From: Tubiluchus corallicola | Lineage: Eukaryota; Animalia; Priapulida | Assembly (NCBI GenBank): GCA_030141605.1 | Contig: JAQGDQ010000591.1 | Span: forward strand, 27,524 to 91,523 | DNA length: 64,000 nt | Direction: 5' to 3' | Part shown: piece after piece, positions 39,486-52,310 of the stretch | How the letters are laid out: every line of letters begins with the position of its first letter | How positions within the stretch are numbered: position 1 is the stretch's first letter | Program-made: the position numbers and the translations under genes | The notes under the pieces: generated by a model | The model's database searches: none | Seen by the model: the letters and a program-made list of their open reading frames with translations, nothing else | Told to the model about the DNA's origin: nothing

Positions 39486-40061
39486 CATGATTTTAAATTT
39501 TTAATGTAAAAGTTTTTAACAAAGTTATGTTTTTATGTGCCTGTGATAAAAATTCAACGTTGTTTGTTTGTTTTTTGTAAAATAATCAAGTATTATTCAT
39601 CTGTCAACAAACAATATATAATAAAATACATTGGTTTGAGTTGTAATCAAGTGTCTTACGAGTAGCGAAGAACAGCCTTTTGCTACCGGATGTACAATAA
39701 TATCATAAGGAGCTTAGAGGAAAAATTGGGATTAGCGTCATGGCAGTAGCTAGTTGGGCCGCGGGCACTAAAAGCTACAATTTGCACCCTTGAGGGTTAC
39801 TGCTTACCAGACAGTGACGTCACTACCGTCTGCACGTTTCCAATCCATTTTTCGACATTTTGATTTATCAACACTTCAAGAAGGCGCAAGGCAATTAGGA
39901 AAAACTGACAGAAATTGCTGTCATATTCGCGAAATATTTCTTCCAACAAGAATGCCGGGCCCACGAGCTACCCCTGAGGGACGCCATTAAAAAATTGCGC
40001 GCAATTTGTAAAGTGTTAACGATTGTCCTTGTTTATTTCTTCGATTTTTTTTCTCTTCTAG

Positions 40062-40188
40062 GTCACGTTAAAAGTAAGCGATCAGTACAAGAGCAGCGAA
40101 TACATTTTCTCTCTGCTCCGCGAGAAATTACGAGCAATCCGTCTGGGTCTGCGAATAGCACCTGGAATTATCCTATTTGAATACACAG
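40062..40188 (+). CDS. TSPEAR: TSPEAR-like exon (TSPN domain); frame not shown in ORF track
   Basis: ttctag| ... |gtaaac; VTLKVSDQYKSSEYIFSLLREKLRAIRLGLRIAPGIILFEYT (cf. VTLRV..NEYLLT..LLGLRLSP). 127 nt, phase 0 to 1. Confidence 0.92.
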
Positions 40189-40229
40189 GTAAACAACAGC
40201 TGTTCACTGATGCATCTATAGTCTTTTTA

Positions 40230-40885
40230 TTAGTATTATGATTCTTTATTTTTAAAAACTATGTACAGTATACATTCCCTCTATTTGTAGAGATATGTTT
40301 AAAATTTCTAGAAACATTTACAACGTATTAAACCTATTCATATATATATATATAAAATTTAGAATCCAATGCGTGAGACACATTGAACGACAACGATCAT
40401 ATACAATAGACATAGTTACAAATTATAATCCAACACTACATACATATATAATAAAAGATAACGAACATATTTTAATACTTAGTAACAAAAATTTACACAC
40501 ATTATACACAATGAAAAACACCGAGTACAATTATAATAAACATAATTACCAATTCTAATGTAAATTCAGATAATCATAAATAAAAACAAAACAGCATATA
40601 GAAAACACGACGAGAGTTATCACCAACAGACTGTTTATATACGGGCGAAAGACGATAGGAATTCATCCGAGATAAGTTTGCAAAAGCATTTATAGCATTA
40701 TTATCCCGGCTAGAGAAAACATTGTCCGAATCTAACGTAGGCAGAGTGCTAATAAAATCATTTCTTTTGGCTTGGTTTACTACTGTACATTCAAATAATA
40801 AATGATGTACAGACTGAGGGCTTAATAAGCAGTTACATGTGCTATTAGGAGCCTGCCCAATTTTGTACAAAAGTTCCTTAAATTG
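40230..40885 (-). mobile_element. LINE 3' remnant with C-terminal zinc knuckle
   Basis: LYKIGQAPNSTCNCLLSPQSVHHLLFEC (CxC..H....C), then a 3'UTR ending ~40 nt from a TSPEAR exon donor. Confidence 0.8.
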
Positions 40886-42413
40886 TACAGACTATGTAAT
40901 TCAATGTACAGACTATACTCTGATATGTTGCTAAAAAAGTAGTAAGACGTGTAAATAGCAAGATATTGCAAATTAATCTCTAGGCCCAATTGTGATTGCG
41001 ATTATAATGCGCAATATTTCCAGCAGTTCAAACGATGTAATAATGTAAATGTAAATATATAATTTGAAAATAAAATAAATTCAAATAGATATAAAATTAA
41101 AATACAAAATGTGTCAAAGAACTTGGGGATTTTAAATGTTTGCGATATACTTGTAAACTTGTAAACTTGAAACTGTTATTTTTATGTACAAATATCATTA
41201 AAATCTACTTCCATCATTGCAAAGGTATTTTAGGTTGATCTGAATATTTATATAATGCATATATTATAATGTATCTATATTAAATGTTTGTTTATTATAA
41301 CGCTAAATAAGCCTTTTCGTAGTTTCGTTGTGCGCACGCGCAGTTGCTGCAGGTCAAAGGTTAAGTGTACCAGAGCAACGCATCTTAGCTACAACCGTCA
41401 CGTGACATGTAGGTAAAGCAAAGCCGAGTTGAGTCAGTTGTTTTACGTGGACTTTACTTAATTATGCGTTAGTCTGCGTGGGGTTTGCTTAGGAACAAGA
41501 AAAAATGAACTAGGTAAGGTTCTACAACTAGCATTCGTCCCTTTCTTAAATTACCATTACCAAGTGTACACAAATGCATCGTCTGGTCAACTTAATCTTT
41601 GACCTTTCCACGATCAGCATCAATTACTGGAACTATGAAAAGGCTTATCGGCGTCTGTTATTGTATAATATATAATATATATACTAATAATACATATAAT
41701 ACATGTGTATATTTATTAATAAGTTTGATTAACATTATTATAAATCATTTCCGGTGGCTTTAATAACCCATGAAATACTTCCTGATCCTCAAAATTGTTA
41801 ATTTATTGTTTATATAGTTAATTCAAATTGTAAATTTGTTATAAATCATGGCTTCTGCCTATGTGTCAATTGTTTTAATAAGTTAGATCAATTTTGCTTA
41901 TATTTATAATGCTGGTCACGTGGATAATTATACTGACACATATTCTTGTTACTTTTGCTTTGTGCTTCTACCTCAACATGGTTTTGGTTCAAATGTACAT
42001 ATTGACTCAAATTTTTTTGTTTTTTGCCATTCTGTTTTTTTCGTTTGGTTGTTTACACGATTTGATTCAAATTTAAGGAATAAATTAACTTGCGTCGGTA
42101 TTTTTTTGACTAATTATTTCAGCGTTTTAAAGTAAAAGTTAAAAGGAAATTCAAACTTGAGACAATGATTGGTAATAAGCTTATTTATTGATTTTTTTGC
42201 TGACAACAGTAATGATGTCATCAAATGGACGCCATATTTGGTTGTGCAAATGAACGCGGCTTTACTAACGTCATTAACAACAACTGCTTCATTTGCGTGA
42301 CCCATTCATGGGGGTTACGCTGCATATTTATACAATCCATCATAACTCGTTGACCACACACTGACCGGCGGTCAAGCACCCATTAATTCGTGTTTGTTCT
42401 TGCAATCTTGCAG

Positions 42414-42640
42414 ATCACAAGAAGCGTCACAAGCGGTTGACGACGTTCACAGACATGAGTTTGTTTGATTTCGACTGGCACACGCTCATCATCACCGTCA
42501 CGGCTGACAAGATCAGCTACGCCATCGACTGTGGAAGCCAGAAGAGCAAGACGGTGAAGAGGGCGTTTCCTGCCATGCTGGACATCAGCAAGAACTGGCT
42601 TCAGATTGGAAATAAGAACAGAACGAGAGACAGATTCACG
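42414..42640 (+). CDS. TSPEAR: TSPEAR-like exon (LamG core)
   Basis: ttgcag| ... |gtaatt; DHKKRHKRLTTFTDMSLFDFDWHTLIITVTADKISYAIDCGSQKSKTVKRAFPAMLDISKNWLQIGNKNRTRDRFT, with LamG WHTL...IDCG motif. 227 nt, phase 1 to 0. Confidence 0.95.
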
Positions 42641-42646
42641 GTAATT

Positions 42647-43650
42647 GTTAAATAATTAAAGGAAAACACCACAAAATCTTAGTTCAAAACAGTAAATGTA
42701 AAAATAATTAAAGGAAAACACCACAAAATCTTAATTCAAAACAGTAAATGTTAAATAATTAAAGGAAAACACCACAAAATCTTAGTTCAAAACAGTAAAT
42801 GTAAAAATAATTAAAGGAAAACACCACAAAATCTTAGTACAAAACAGTAAATGTTAAATAATTAAAGGAAAACACCACAAAATCTTAGTTCAAAACAGTA
42901 AATGTTAAATAATTAAAGGAAAACACCACAAAATCTTAGTTCAAAACAGTAAATGTTAAATAATTAAAGGAAAACACCACAAAATCTTAATTCAAAACAG
43001 TAAATGTAAAATAATTAAAGGAAAACACCACAAAATCTTAGTCAAAACAGTAAATGTTAAATAATTAAAGGAAAACACCACAAAATCTTAGTTCAAAACA
43101 GTAAATGTTAAATAATTAAAGGAAATCTTATCAAAACAGTAAATGTAAATAATTAAGGAAAACACCACAAAATCTTAATTCAAAACAGTAAATGTAAAAT
43201 AATTAAAGGAAAACACCACAAAACCTTAGTTCAAAACAGTAAATGTTAAATAATTAAAGGAAAACACCACAAAATCTTAGTTCAAAACAGTAAATGTTAA
43301 ATAATTAAAGGAAAACACCACAAAATCTTAATTCAAAACAGTAAATGTAAAATAATTAAAGGAAAACACCACAAAATCTTAATTCAAAACAGTAAATGTT
43401 AAATAATTAAAGGAAAACACCACAAAATCTTAGTACAAAACAGTAAATGTTAAATAATTAAAGGAAAACACCACAAAATCTTAGTTCAAAACAGTAAATG
43501 TTAAATAATTAAAGGAAAACACCACAAAATCTTAATTCAAAACAGTAAATGTTAAAATTTAATAATTAAAGGAAACCACCACAAAATCTTAGTTCAAAAC
43601 AGTAAATGTTAAATAATTAAAGGAAAACACCACAAAATCTTAGTACAAAA
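42647..43650. repeat. ~51-bp minisatellite, ~19 copies, starting 6 nt into the intron
   Basis: Unit gttaaataattaaaggaaaacaccacaaaatcttagttcaaaacagtaaat. Confidence 0.97.
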
Positions 43651-44184
43651 TAATGTACTGTATTAAATATTGGGAACAAGGTATTTTTCAAAAATGACTT
43701 ACGTGAAAGAGTTATTACCACAGAATGGTAATTTTGCGTTCACGAACCTAGTTCTTTGCTGTTACGTACAGTTCGCAATTCGTTAGTTAGATGGCCAGCA
43801 TTTTGGAAACCTGGTGCTGTACCTCTTAGTTCAGATGTGTTAGTTTGTGACGAACTACACACGTTCGACAGCTCATGCATTTGCACAGCGGAAAATTTGA
43901 AGTTAGAATTTTTGTCTTAAAACTTGCCTAGTTTTAGCACAGCACACTGACTATCCTACAGTAGCACTGTACTTCAATTTTCGCTTTCCTAAACACATGC
44001 AACACGCTCATGGAATGTTTCTGCTGTTGAAAATTATGTTAGTTTGTGATGTATTCACTAGTTGGGCTCGCCCGTCGTAAATTATGTTGTCATCGGTTTT
44101 TGGCATTATCATAGGTGTTAAAATGTATTCTTTTTTACCGTACTTCAAAATTGGGTGGGACATGAAAAATCATCCAGTTTTCCT
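43621..44184 (+). mobile_element. Family C-related MITE
   Basis: TTAA|AGGAAAAC ... CATCCAGTTTTCCT|TTAA. Confidence 0.8.
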
Positions 44185-45694
44185 TTAAATGTATAATGTA
44201 TGAACGTCATGATTTAAAAAAGTTACGTATAATGAAGTTTAACTCAATTGAGGGGGCTGTACCAACATCTAAACGTTGCTAAAACCTTTTAGCAACGTAA
44301 CTGAGCCAAGTTTCGGTCACGCCACACATATTTACGTCGAGCAGGCCTAGTCGTTTAAGGTGAATTTTCACTTTCCAGCGTATTGAATTGTGCCAAAACT
44401 CAAAAACCATAATTTAAATAAACAGAATAATTTATTAAACATTAAAAAGTGTGAAAGTGTGGAAATTTAAAAACGTATTTGCTTGGTAGCTGACTTCTTT
44501 ATGTTAACTTTTTGTGCCAAAATATTGAGATTACGTTATTTTAGAATCATTTTTCGACGTTTTTTAAAACAGTCTAATGTCGTCTCAACACGTAGTCAAA
44601 TAGTGTATGTTAATTTCTAAAACAGCTTTTTATTGTAAGTTTTATAAAAAAAAAGTTATCATGGCTGATGTCGCCGTTTAGACCGAATTTTCATTACTTT
44701 TTATTTTAATTGATTTATTGTGCTCATAAAATAAATTCAGGGATGCTGACATTAATTAATGAAAGCAGTCGGTAATTGGTAGTCATACAGACGCAAATCT
44801 GGGAAGCCATATTAATGATCTGATGATTTTTAAAAGGGAAATCTGTCAGAAAGTGTCAGTTGCATAATCGGAATAAAGCATTTATTTGTTTTTTGTCAAT
44901 TTTCGTTCAAAAAGTTTGAGGATCTGGAGTATACGAACTGAACAGACAGCTTTACGATTATCTGATTTAAAAAAGCTTTTACAATTTTGAAAAGCATCGA
45001 AAACTGTAAAGGAAATTACCTACCGTCGTGGGTATTTTAATTTTTGTTGTATAGCTTTATCCGGACTTCATTTCAATTTCTAAAATTCTAGTACATCTAT
45101 TAGTGTTCTTGCTGATTTGGTTTTGTTGTTTGTCTGTCTCTTTGTCTGTCTCCAGGTGTCTGGTGAAAGGAAAACTAGCTAAAATGTGATTGTTCATTTT
45201 TAGTGGTTCTTTGTGCGAACTTTCTGACCACCCTGTACTCTATTGTCATTAACTGCACCTATTAAGCTGTTCACTGTTGGTCATCATCATGTGTTCTTGT
45301 GACTGTTCATTTCTAGAGGTTACTTCCAAAACTGCAAACTTTCTGACCACCCTGTACTCCATTGTCATTAACTGCACCTATTAAGTTGTTCACAGTTAAT
45401 TAGCTGTCATCATGCGTTCTTGTGATTGTTCATTTCTAGTTGCTGTCTCCCCCGGGGGTGAGTTTATCACAGTCAGTTTTTTATGGCAATTTTTTCTGGC
45501 GTGTCCAAGTGGTGCTCGTGTCCTGCGGTGCTCGTGTTTATTTTTCCCAGCCGTTTCTCTGAAGTACCACTTGTCCTTGTGAATGCTGAATGATTTACAA
45601 GCTCCTCTCTACCCAGAAAATCTGCTGTCAATTTTGCACATACGGGGCGGTCCGAAAATTTTATGCATATGTACTGGTACTGTTAATTTCTTAA

Positions 45695-46968
45695 AACAAA
45701 ACCGGATCCAATTTTAAACTGTAGGTCAAAGCAATCTACTCTTTAACCCTTTCATACCCGTTGTATCCCGTGGGATACGAGAATATTTTCTGCCTTTAAA
45801 ATTAATAAAATATTAAAACTGACAGTTATTTGATCTGTTAATAGTTATTTTGATTTAAGCCAATAACAATAGACTAAAAATGGCAAACTAGAAAATCTAC
45901 ATAGCATAAAAAACTGCGCAAGGTACAGTACTTTAGAGACGACTTTGTACAGATCTGCATAGCATGCATACTAAATGTCTTAAATACTTTAAAAAATTAT
46001 CAGCAGTTGCAAAATGAAGCACATTTTATGCTTCCATTGAATCCCAATGTATCCTGTGGGATACAGGCTATATTTAGCACGCGGGCACAGGTAGGAAAAA
46101 AATTATTGTGTGTAAACAAGATGGACATACTGAACAAAAGTATCAAGCCAAAAATTTATTCTTATTAAAAAAATAATTTGGGACTGAAAGGGTTAAAACA
46201 TTGAAAGGAAACATACTGTTTTTTTTTTCAAAAATGGCTTACGTGAAAGAATTATTACCACACAAACACATTTTCACGTTAGCACCACTAGTTCTTCGCT
46301 GTTACATTCATTTCACCGTTCACCGTTCGGAAACGCATTGCACAAAAACAGGTGCTGTACCTCTCAGTTCAGATGTGTTAGTTTCTGACGAAACGTTTTC
46401 AACTTATGAGGAAACATACTATTTTTTTTCAAAAACGACTTACGTGAAAGAATTATTATCACATAAACATAATCTTCGCATTCGTGCCACTAGTTCTTCA
46501 CTGTTACATGCATTTCGATATTCGCTAGTTAGACGGGCACTAGGGCCTGCATTTTGGAACCACATTACACAAAAACAGGTGCTGTACTTCTCAGTTCAGA
46601 TGTGTTCGTTTGTGATGAACTACAGACGTTCAACAGCTCATGTGCAAGCACAACGGCAAATATGAAATTTGAATTTTTATTTTAAAACTTGCCTAGTTTT
46701 AGCACAACACACTGACTATCTTACAGTAGCACTGTACTTCAATTTTCGCTTTTGCAAACACTAGCAACACGTTCGTGGAATGTTTTTGCTGTTGAAAATT
46801 ATGTTAGTTTGTGATGTCATCAATAGTTGGGTTCGCCCGTCGTTAATTAAGTTTTTCATCTATTATATAATCATCAGAAACGCTTTTATAGTATTAACTG
46901 TGTTAAAATGTATACTTTTTATCGGACTTGAAAATGAGGTAGTATATGAAAAATCATCCTATCTTCCT
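45695..46968 (+). mobile_element. Family C copy with a nested piggyBac-like MITE and an internal duplication
   Basis: TTAA ends; 46200-46390 is repeated at 46410-46620. Confidence 0.8.
45747..46192 (+). mobile_element. piggyBac-like MITE copy 1
   Basis: TTAA|CCCTTTCA ... TGAAAGGG|TTAA; reverse copy at 54722-55184. Confidence 0.9.
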
Positions 46969-47936
46969 TTAAATGATGTCAGATTTTGTTAATTCAGCTA
47001 ATCATTTAGATGGCGACACTTGTCCTGCAAACACTTACCAATCATATGGTTATGTGCACAATGCAAAACATGTCCTGCCACCTGCTGACAAGAAAAGCTA
47101 GCTGGGCTCGCCCGCCGTTAATTGAGTTTTTAATCCATAACTTAATTATCAGAAACGCTTTTGCAGTATTAATTATGTGAAAATGCATACTTTTTATCGG
47201 ATTTGAAAGTGAACGACACAACCAACTCAGTCAGCCACCCTTATTTTAGAAATTCTATAGTTTCATACATGGCTGGATAAACTAGTGGTTGTCAAATTCA
47301 TTTCTTGAAATTCATAAAGATGCTAAATACTTGGACACGGTAAAATAATGATAGTTTCACAACAGGAGAACAGAAAAATAAACAAAAATACGATTAAAAG
47401 TTAACAAAACTAATGAAAAATCAGTATTAATTAACGTAATATAATTTTAAGCAACTAAAGCATAATGCACATTTAAATGCAAGAATTACGGAAATCAACA
47501 CATGCAAGGAGGTTCAAAAATGTGCATTAAACTATGAAACAAAACAAAGTCATGTGAATTGAAACAACTCAAAATAACCATTGAAGCCAAAAAAATCAAA
47601 ACGTAACTCAAAAACACGTGCATTAATATTTAAGTAGCGCAAGTGAAGCCAGCTGATTTGTCAAGCCTATTTGACTACTTGCTGATTCAGGTATAAGATT
47701 TTTTTTACCAAATGTGAATAATTGGCTTCCTCATCACTTGACGACCCTCAGTACGTGGCTGTAGTTAGGAGGGACATTTTTCAACTACACGAAAACTCCC
47801 AAAGAAGCCATTTATCGGCAAGACGGGTCCCTCTTTGACTTCTAAACTTTTCTAGATTAATGACTCCGCAGAAAGCTTTCGGTACTTTTGATCGACGACC
47901 AGAAGTTACCGATCTAAATCCGGTTTTCTTCTACAG

Positions 47937-48105
47937 GGTGCCCTGAAAAATCTGGTCCTGTTTCCGGGCGCGGACGCCTACAGTAAAGTGTGTCCGTCCA
48001 AGAACGCGCGGATACCGGATATCACGTGGTTAAAATCTGTGACGGACATTGCCGAAGATGATCCGAGCAAGTACATCCAAGACGAGGAGAATATTATACC
48101 TCAAG
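47937..48105 (+). CDS. TSPEAR: TSPEAR-like exon (end of TSPN plus linker); alternative in-frame end at 48135
   Basis: ctacag|; GALKNLVLFPGADAYSKVCPSKNARIPDITWLKSVTDIAEDDPSKYIQDEENIIPQ (cf. [24 protein letters not shown]). Donors CAAG|gtaccc (48105) and AAAG|gtacgt (48135) are both phase 1. Confidence 0.9.
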
Positions 48106-48139
48106 GTACCCAGCACATCTTTTCCATATCTAAAGGTAC

Positions 48140-48575
48140 GTTCAGACCATCGAGTTTTCTGTCGCGAGTGTTCTCTCTGATAGCAAACTCGCAGGTGTGA
48201 ACTGTTTTGTGAGTTACTCGCAGCAAGTTACTTCAAACTCTCCCACAGTTGCTGCGAGTTGATTTACTGTCTAGTGTGAACAGCTTGGCGAGTTGATTTA
48301 CTGTCTAGTGTGAACAGCTTGGTGAGTTGATTTACTGTCTAGTGTGAACAGCTTGGCGAGTTGATTTACTGTCTAGTGTTAACAGCTTGGCGAGTTGATT
48401 TACTGTCTAGTGTGAACAGCTTGGCGAGTTACTCTCCACACTTCTAGCAGTGAATAGAGAAGGGAGTGTCAGCTCGTGTCGAAGAGTAACTCGTGGCAAG
48501 TTTTACTCTCTAGCCTGGACACGCTTCCGAGTTACTTGGCGAGTTAACTTAGCGAGAAAACTCGCTAGTCTGAAC
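48140..48575. mobile_element. Small TIR element with 35-bp internal repeats filling most of the intron
   Basis: GTTCAGACCATCGAGTTTTCT ... AGAAAACTCGCTAGTCTGAAC; unit gagttgatttactgtctagtgtgaacagcttggc about 5 times. Confidence 0.75.
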
Positions 48576-48683
48576 AGGTGAAATTCTTTATAAAAATCCA
48601 GTATTAGTAATGATTTCACTTTACTGTTAATGATTGATTTCATAGCTCTGCTTGTGTTAATTAAATTCTTAATTTAATTCTAG

Positions 48684-48833
48684 CTTTGAGTCAGAAGACT
48701 GACAGGTTTCACTACAGTACAGATAAGCACTCAGTGTGCAACGTTGATGAGACTGGCAAGGTGATGGTCGACACTGATGAACATTTCATCAGAGTTTGTG
48801 ATTCTGGAGAATGGAAGCCGTTTGTATTCAGGC
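48684..48833 (+). CDS. TSPEAR: TSPEAR-like exon (Cys-containing linker)
   Basis: ttctag| ... |gtaagt; ALSQKTDRFHYSTDKHSVCNVDETGKVMVDTDEHFIRVCDSGEWKPFVFR (cf. PCTEVED..LYLCVGNEW). 150 nt, phase 1 to 1. Confidence 0.9.
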
Positions 48834-48869
48834 GTAAGTATTGGTTACCGAGAAGCCATTTCTTTAAAC

Positions 48870-48951
48870 GTAATAACAATAATGATGATGATGCTGATGA
48901 TGACGATAATAATAACAACAGCAACTGCATTTCTTTAAACAATAGTAATGT

Positions 48952-49027
<76 letters not shown>

Positions 49028-49080
49028 AATAACAACAGCAACAGCAACAGCATTTCTTTAAACAATAATAATGATGTTGT

Positions 49081-49113
<33 letters not shown>

Positions 49114-49441
49114 CAATGATGATGATGTTGAGAATGATGATGATGATGATGATGACGATAATAATAACAACAGCAACAGCATTTCTTTAAACAATAATAA
49201 TGATGTTGATTGATGATGATGATGATGATGATGATGACGACGACGACGACGACGACGATAATAATAACGACAGCAACAGCAATAACAGCAGCAGCAACAA
49301 CAACAGCAACAGCAGCAGCAGCAACAACAACAACAACAACAACAGCAACAACATCAACAAGAACAACAACAACAGCAACAGCAGCAACAGCAGCAACATC
49401 AGTAGCAGCAACAGCAACAACAACAGCAACAACAACAACAG

Positions 49442-49473
<32 letters not shown>

Positions 49474-49491
49474 GCACAGCAACAACAACAA

Positions 49492-49523
<32 letters not shown>

Positions 49524-49558
49524 ACAACAACAACAACATCATCAACAACAGCAACAGC

Positions 49559-49589
<31 letters not shown>

Positions 49590-49665
49590 GCAACAGCAAC
49601 AGCAACAGCAGCAGCACAGCAACAACAACAACAGCAACAACAACAACAGCAACAACAGCAGCAGT
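48870..49665. repeat. (GAT)n/(CAA/CAG)n compound tract with a triplicated insert
   Basis: gcatttctttaaacaata recurs three times between (GAT)n runs. Confidence 0.95.
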
Positions 49666-50060
49666 TTCTTGTGCAAATATTGTCTTGTCTTGCTTTGTAA
49701 ATCACTTTCTCTGGATTGAACTACAGTTACTGCTATCGACAGGAACGTACTTCCATTTTTACGAAGCAAATTTTTGATTAAGTAATTTTAAGCTTTTCTA
49801 AAAACTTACGTTTGATATCATTATGCTCGACATTAGTGACACACCACAAACGGTTTATTTTGAACATTCTGTAGTATATAAAGCATTGTATGCTGTCCGG
49901 TAATATGAATAAATTTAGGAGACAAATTGCGAGTGAGATCGTTTACTTACGTACCGCATCTGGATTTCTATCCTTATAAAAAGTGTAACCTGTGGTCTCA
50001 CTGGTAAAAGATTGAGAACTTTTGTTGTTTTGTGATTCGTTAATTGTGTTAAAATGTTTT

Positions 50061-50682
50061 GAAATTTTATATCACTTACATACCGCCTTTTTGCGTGCAG
50101 GACTTCAATCGACAGTCACGCTGTATAAAACATGTAAATTTAAACTCCCGCGATGACCGTTAGACGCAGCCATTTTCTCGACAGGTCATCTGAAACAAGT
50201 TTAGATAACATTTTGTAAAGTTTGAAAAAATATTCAGAGCATTCGTAGCGCACAAGTCACTAACTAAATAAAATTTTAAATTACTGTATATACGGTTTTT
50301 TTTGGTTAGTGAGTGGTGTACCCTGTAGGGTGAGTCAGCGACATTTTACCAATTGGTGAAAACATTTCAAATAATTAATAATTTTCTTTTCTAGTTACAT
50401 AAATCTCTCTAGCAGGTAAGCGAAATGCTGAGTAATATAGATTTGCACGGAAAGTCTTTTGAGACATAATTGAACATTTCCTTTTCTTCCCTTGGTTTAC
50501 GTTTGGTACATGACGTCATGCAATGGCGACTTCGGAACAGTATTGCGGGAGATTTAAAATGAAAACAAATTAAAATTCCTTTCAGTGCGAGTACGATGTA
50601 CGCATAAAATTGCCGTAAAGTAATATAATTAAGGCGATTTTTCTGAAACCTACTTCAGGTGCCCCTTTTCTTGTCCTTTAAA
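50061..50682 (+). mobile_element. Family D copy 2
   Basis: Colinear with 684-1322. Confidence 0.75.
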
Positions 50683-50892
50683 TGTTTTCGAAAGTTTGGT
50701 AGTAAAACTGTCATAATTATCTTCTAAAACATCATCATATTTACCTCTGCGTGGCTTCTATAAGCTATGGCTTCCTTGGTCTCCCTAAAACATACATAAT
50801 CTAATGTTGTTGTTTATGTTAATAAGTTGACAAACAGGCACATTATTGGTAATATCTATTTTACCTGAAATCTTTTGTAAAACTAAAGCTAA

Positions 50893-51405
50893 CGGAAAAC
50901 CGGATGATTGTGTAAACACGAGTTCAGAATAAAGAATGCTCTAAAATATTGAAAACTACAATCGCTTTTTGATAAATCAAAGCTTAGATTAAATAATAAT
51001 TACCTTGGATACTCAAAATTTTGCTAAACTTTCAAAGCTACGCGCTGCTCAGTGAATCTACTAACATTTTACAACGACGCCTTTTTGTCACGTGCGCGTG
51101 GACGACAGCAGTACCGTGATAACCATAATTATGAACTGTACTGTTAGTTTCTGACGTCATATGACGTAGAGCCCATTTTCGTGACATCGCGCGTTTAAGC
51201 AGTAACACTTACGCAAACGTGCTTGACGCGCAAGGGAAGACGCCTGCCATTGCATAAACTGTGGTTAGTTTCTGACGTAAGCAATGGCTGTGTTCGGTTG
51301 CCGTAAATTAACTTTCTAAGCTAATTATTCCAATATAAGAAACAATTGCTAACTTTTGTAGGCAAGAAAATGTATATTTTGGACAGTAAATGGTCCGGTT
51401 TTCCT
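50893..51405 (-). mobile_element. Family A copy 3 (reverse)
   Basis: Reverse complement of 6527-7068. Confidence 0.85.
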
Positions 51406-51977
51406 TTAGGTTAATTCAAATAAACCGAAATTGAATTGGGATCAATCCAGCTCTTCCTGGTTTGCGGAATAATGTCGTTCATAATTCGGGATAAATCCCG
51501 GTTGGTTTCTCCAACTCTTGGCACGCGTGTTTATTTACAATCTGATTACGTGTCGGTGGTTGGCTCCCTGTATTCCGGCGCGCGTGTGGGTTCTCTTTCT
51601 CTTTCTGTGTGTGTCTACGCGAGTTTATCAACAACTAAAGCTCCTGTCAGCAACTCGAGTAGCTTCCCGTTTGAAGATTGTTCTTATCAGACAAGCGACG
51701 AAGTGTTAAACGTGCTACCTCTCAGTCAGATGAACTGCCGATTACTTGATTAATTAATGGCCGCCACGTGTTGCCATACTTCTCCGTACGGTAGCCCACA
51801 AGCGGTAACTTCACTCACAGAAACTCATTCGGATTATTGTTACTTCCACGTGACGCTGTGAAAGACTAGTTTCAGGACGTAGTAACTGTTCAGAAAGAAA
51901 AAGCCAATGAATAATAAACTGTATTTAACAGCAGAGATCTTTGTCAAACAAATTTAATTCGATTGTTGGTGTATGCC

Positions 51978-52310
51978 TTTCTCTGCCCTGTCCTCTCCTC
52001 CTCCTTCTCTCTCTCGCTTTCTCTCTCTTCCCCTTCCTTCCTTCCTTCCCTTCTCTTCTCTTCTTTTCCCTTCCTTTCCCTTTCCTGCTCTTCTCTTCTC
52101 CTTTGTTTTATTCTCCTCTCCTCTCCTGTCCTCTGTCTTCTTTTCTCTTCTCTTCTCTTCTCTTCTCTTCTCTCCTCTCCTCTCCTCTTCTCTTCTCTCC
52201 TCTCCTCTCCTCTCCTCTCCTCTCCTCTCCTCTCCTCTCTTCTCTTCTCTTCTCTTCTCTTCTCTTCTCTGCGTTTCTTTTTGTATCTCTCTATTTCTCC
52301 TTCTTTCCCC
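51978..52310. repeat. Polypyrimidine (TCTTC/TCTCC)n tract
   Basis: Direct reading. Confidence 0.95.

Larger units (their letters stand above)
38955..39535. mobile_element. Inverted pair of Penelope-like pseudo-LTR fragments
   Basis: Long imperfect palindrome with a hammerhead motif in each arm; homologous to 2505-2950. Confidence 0.65.
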
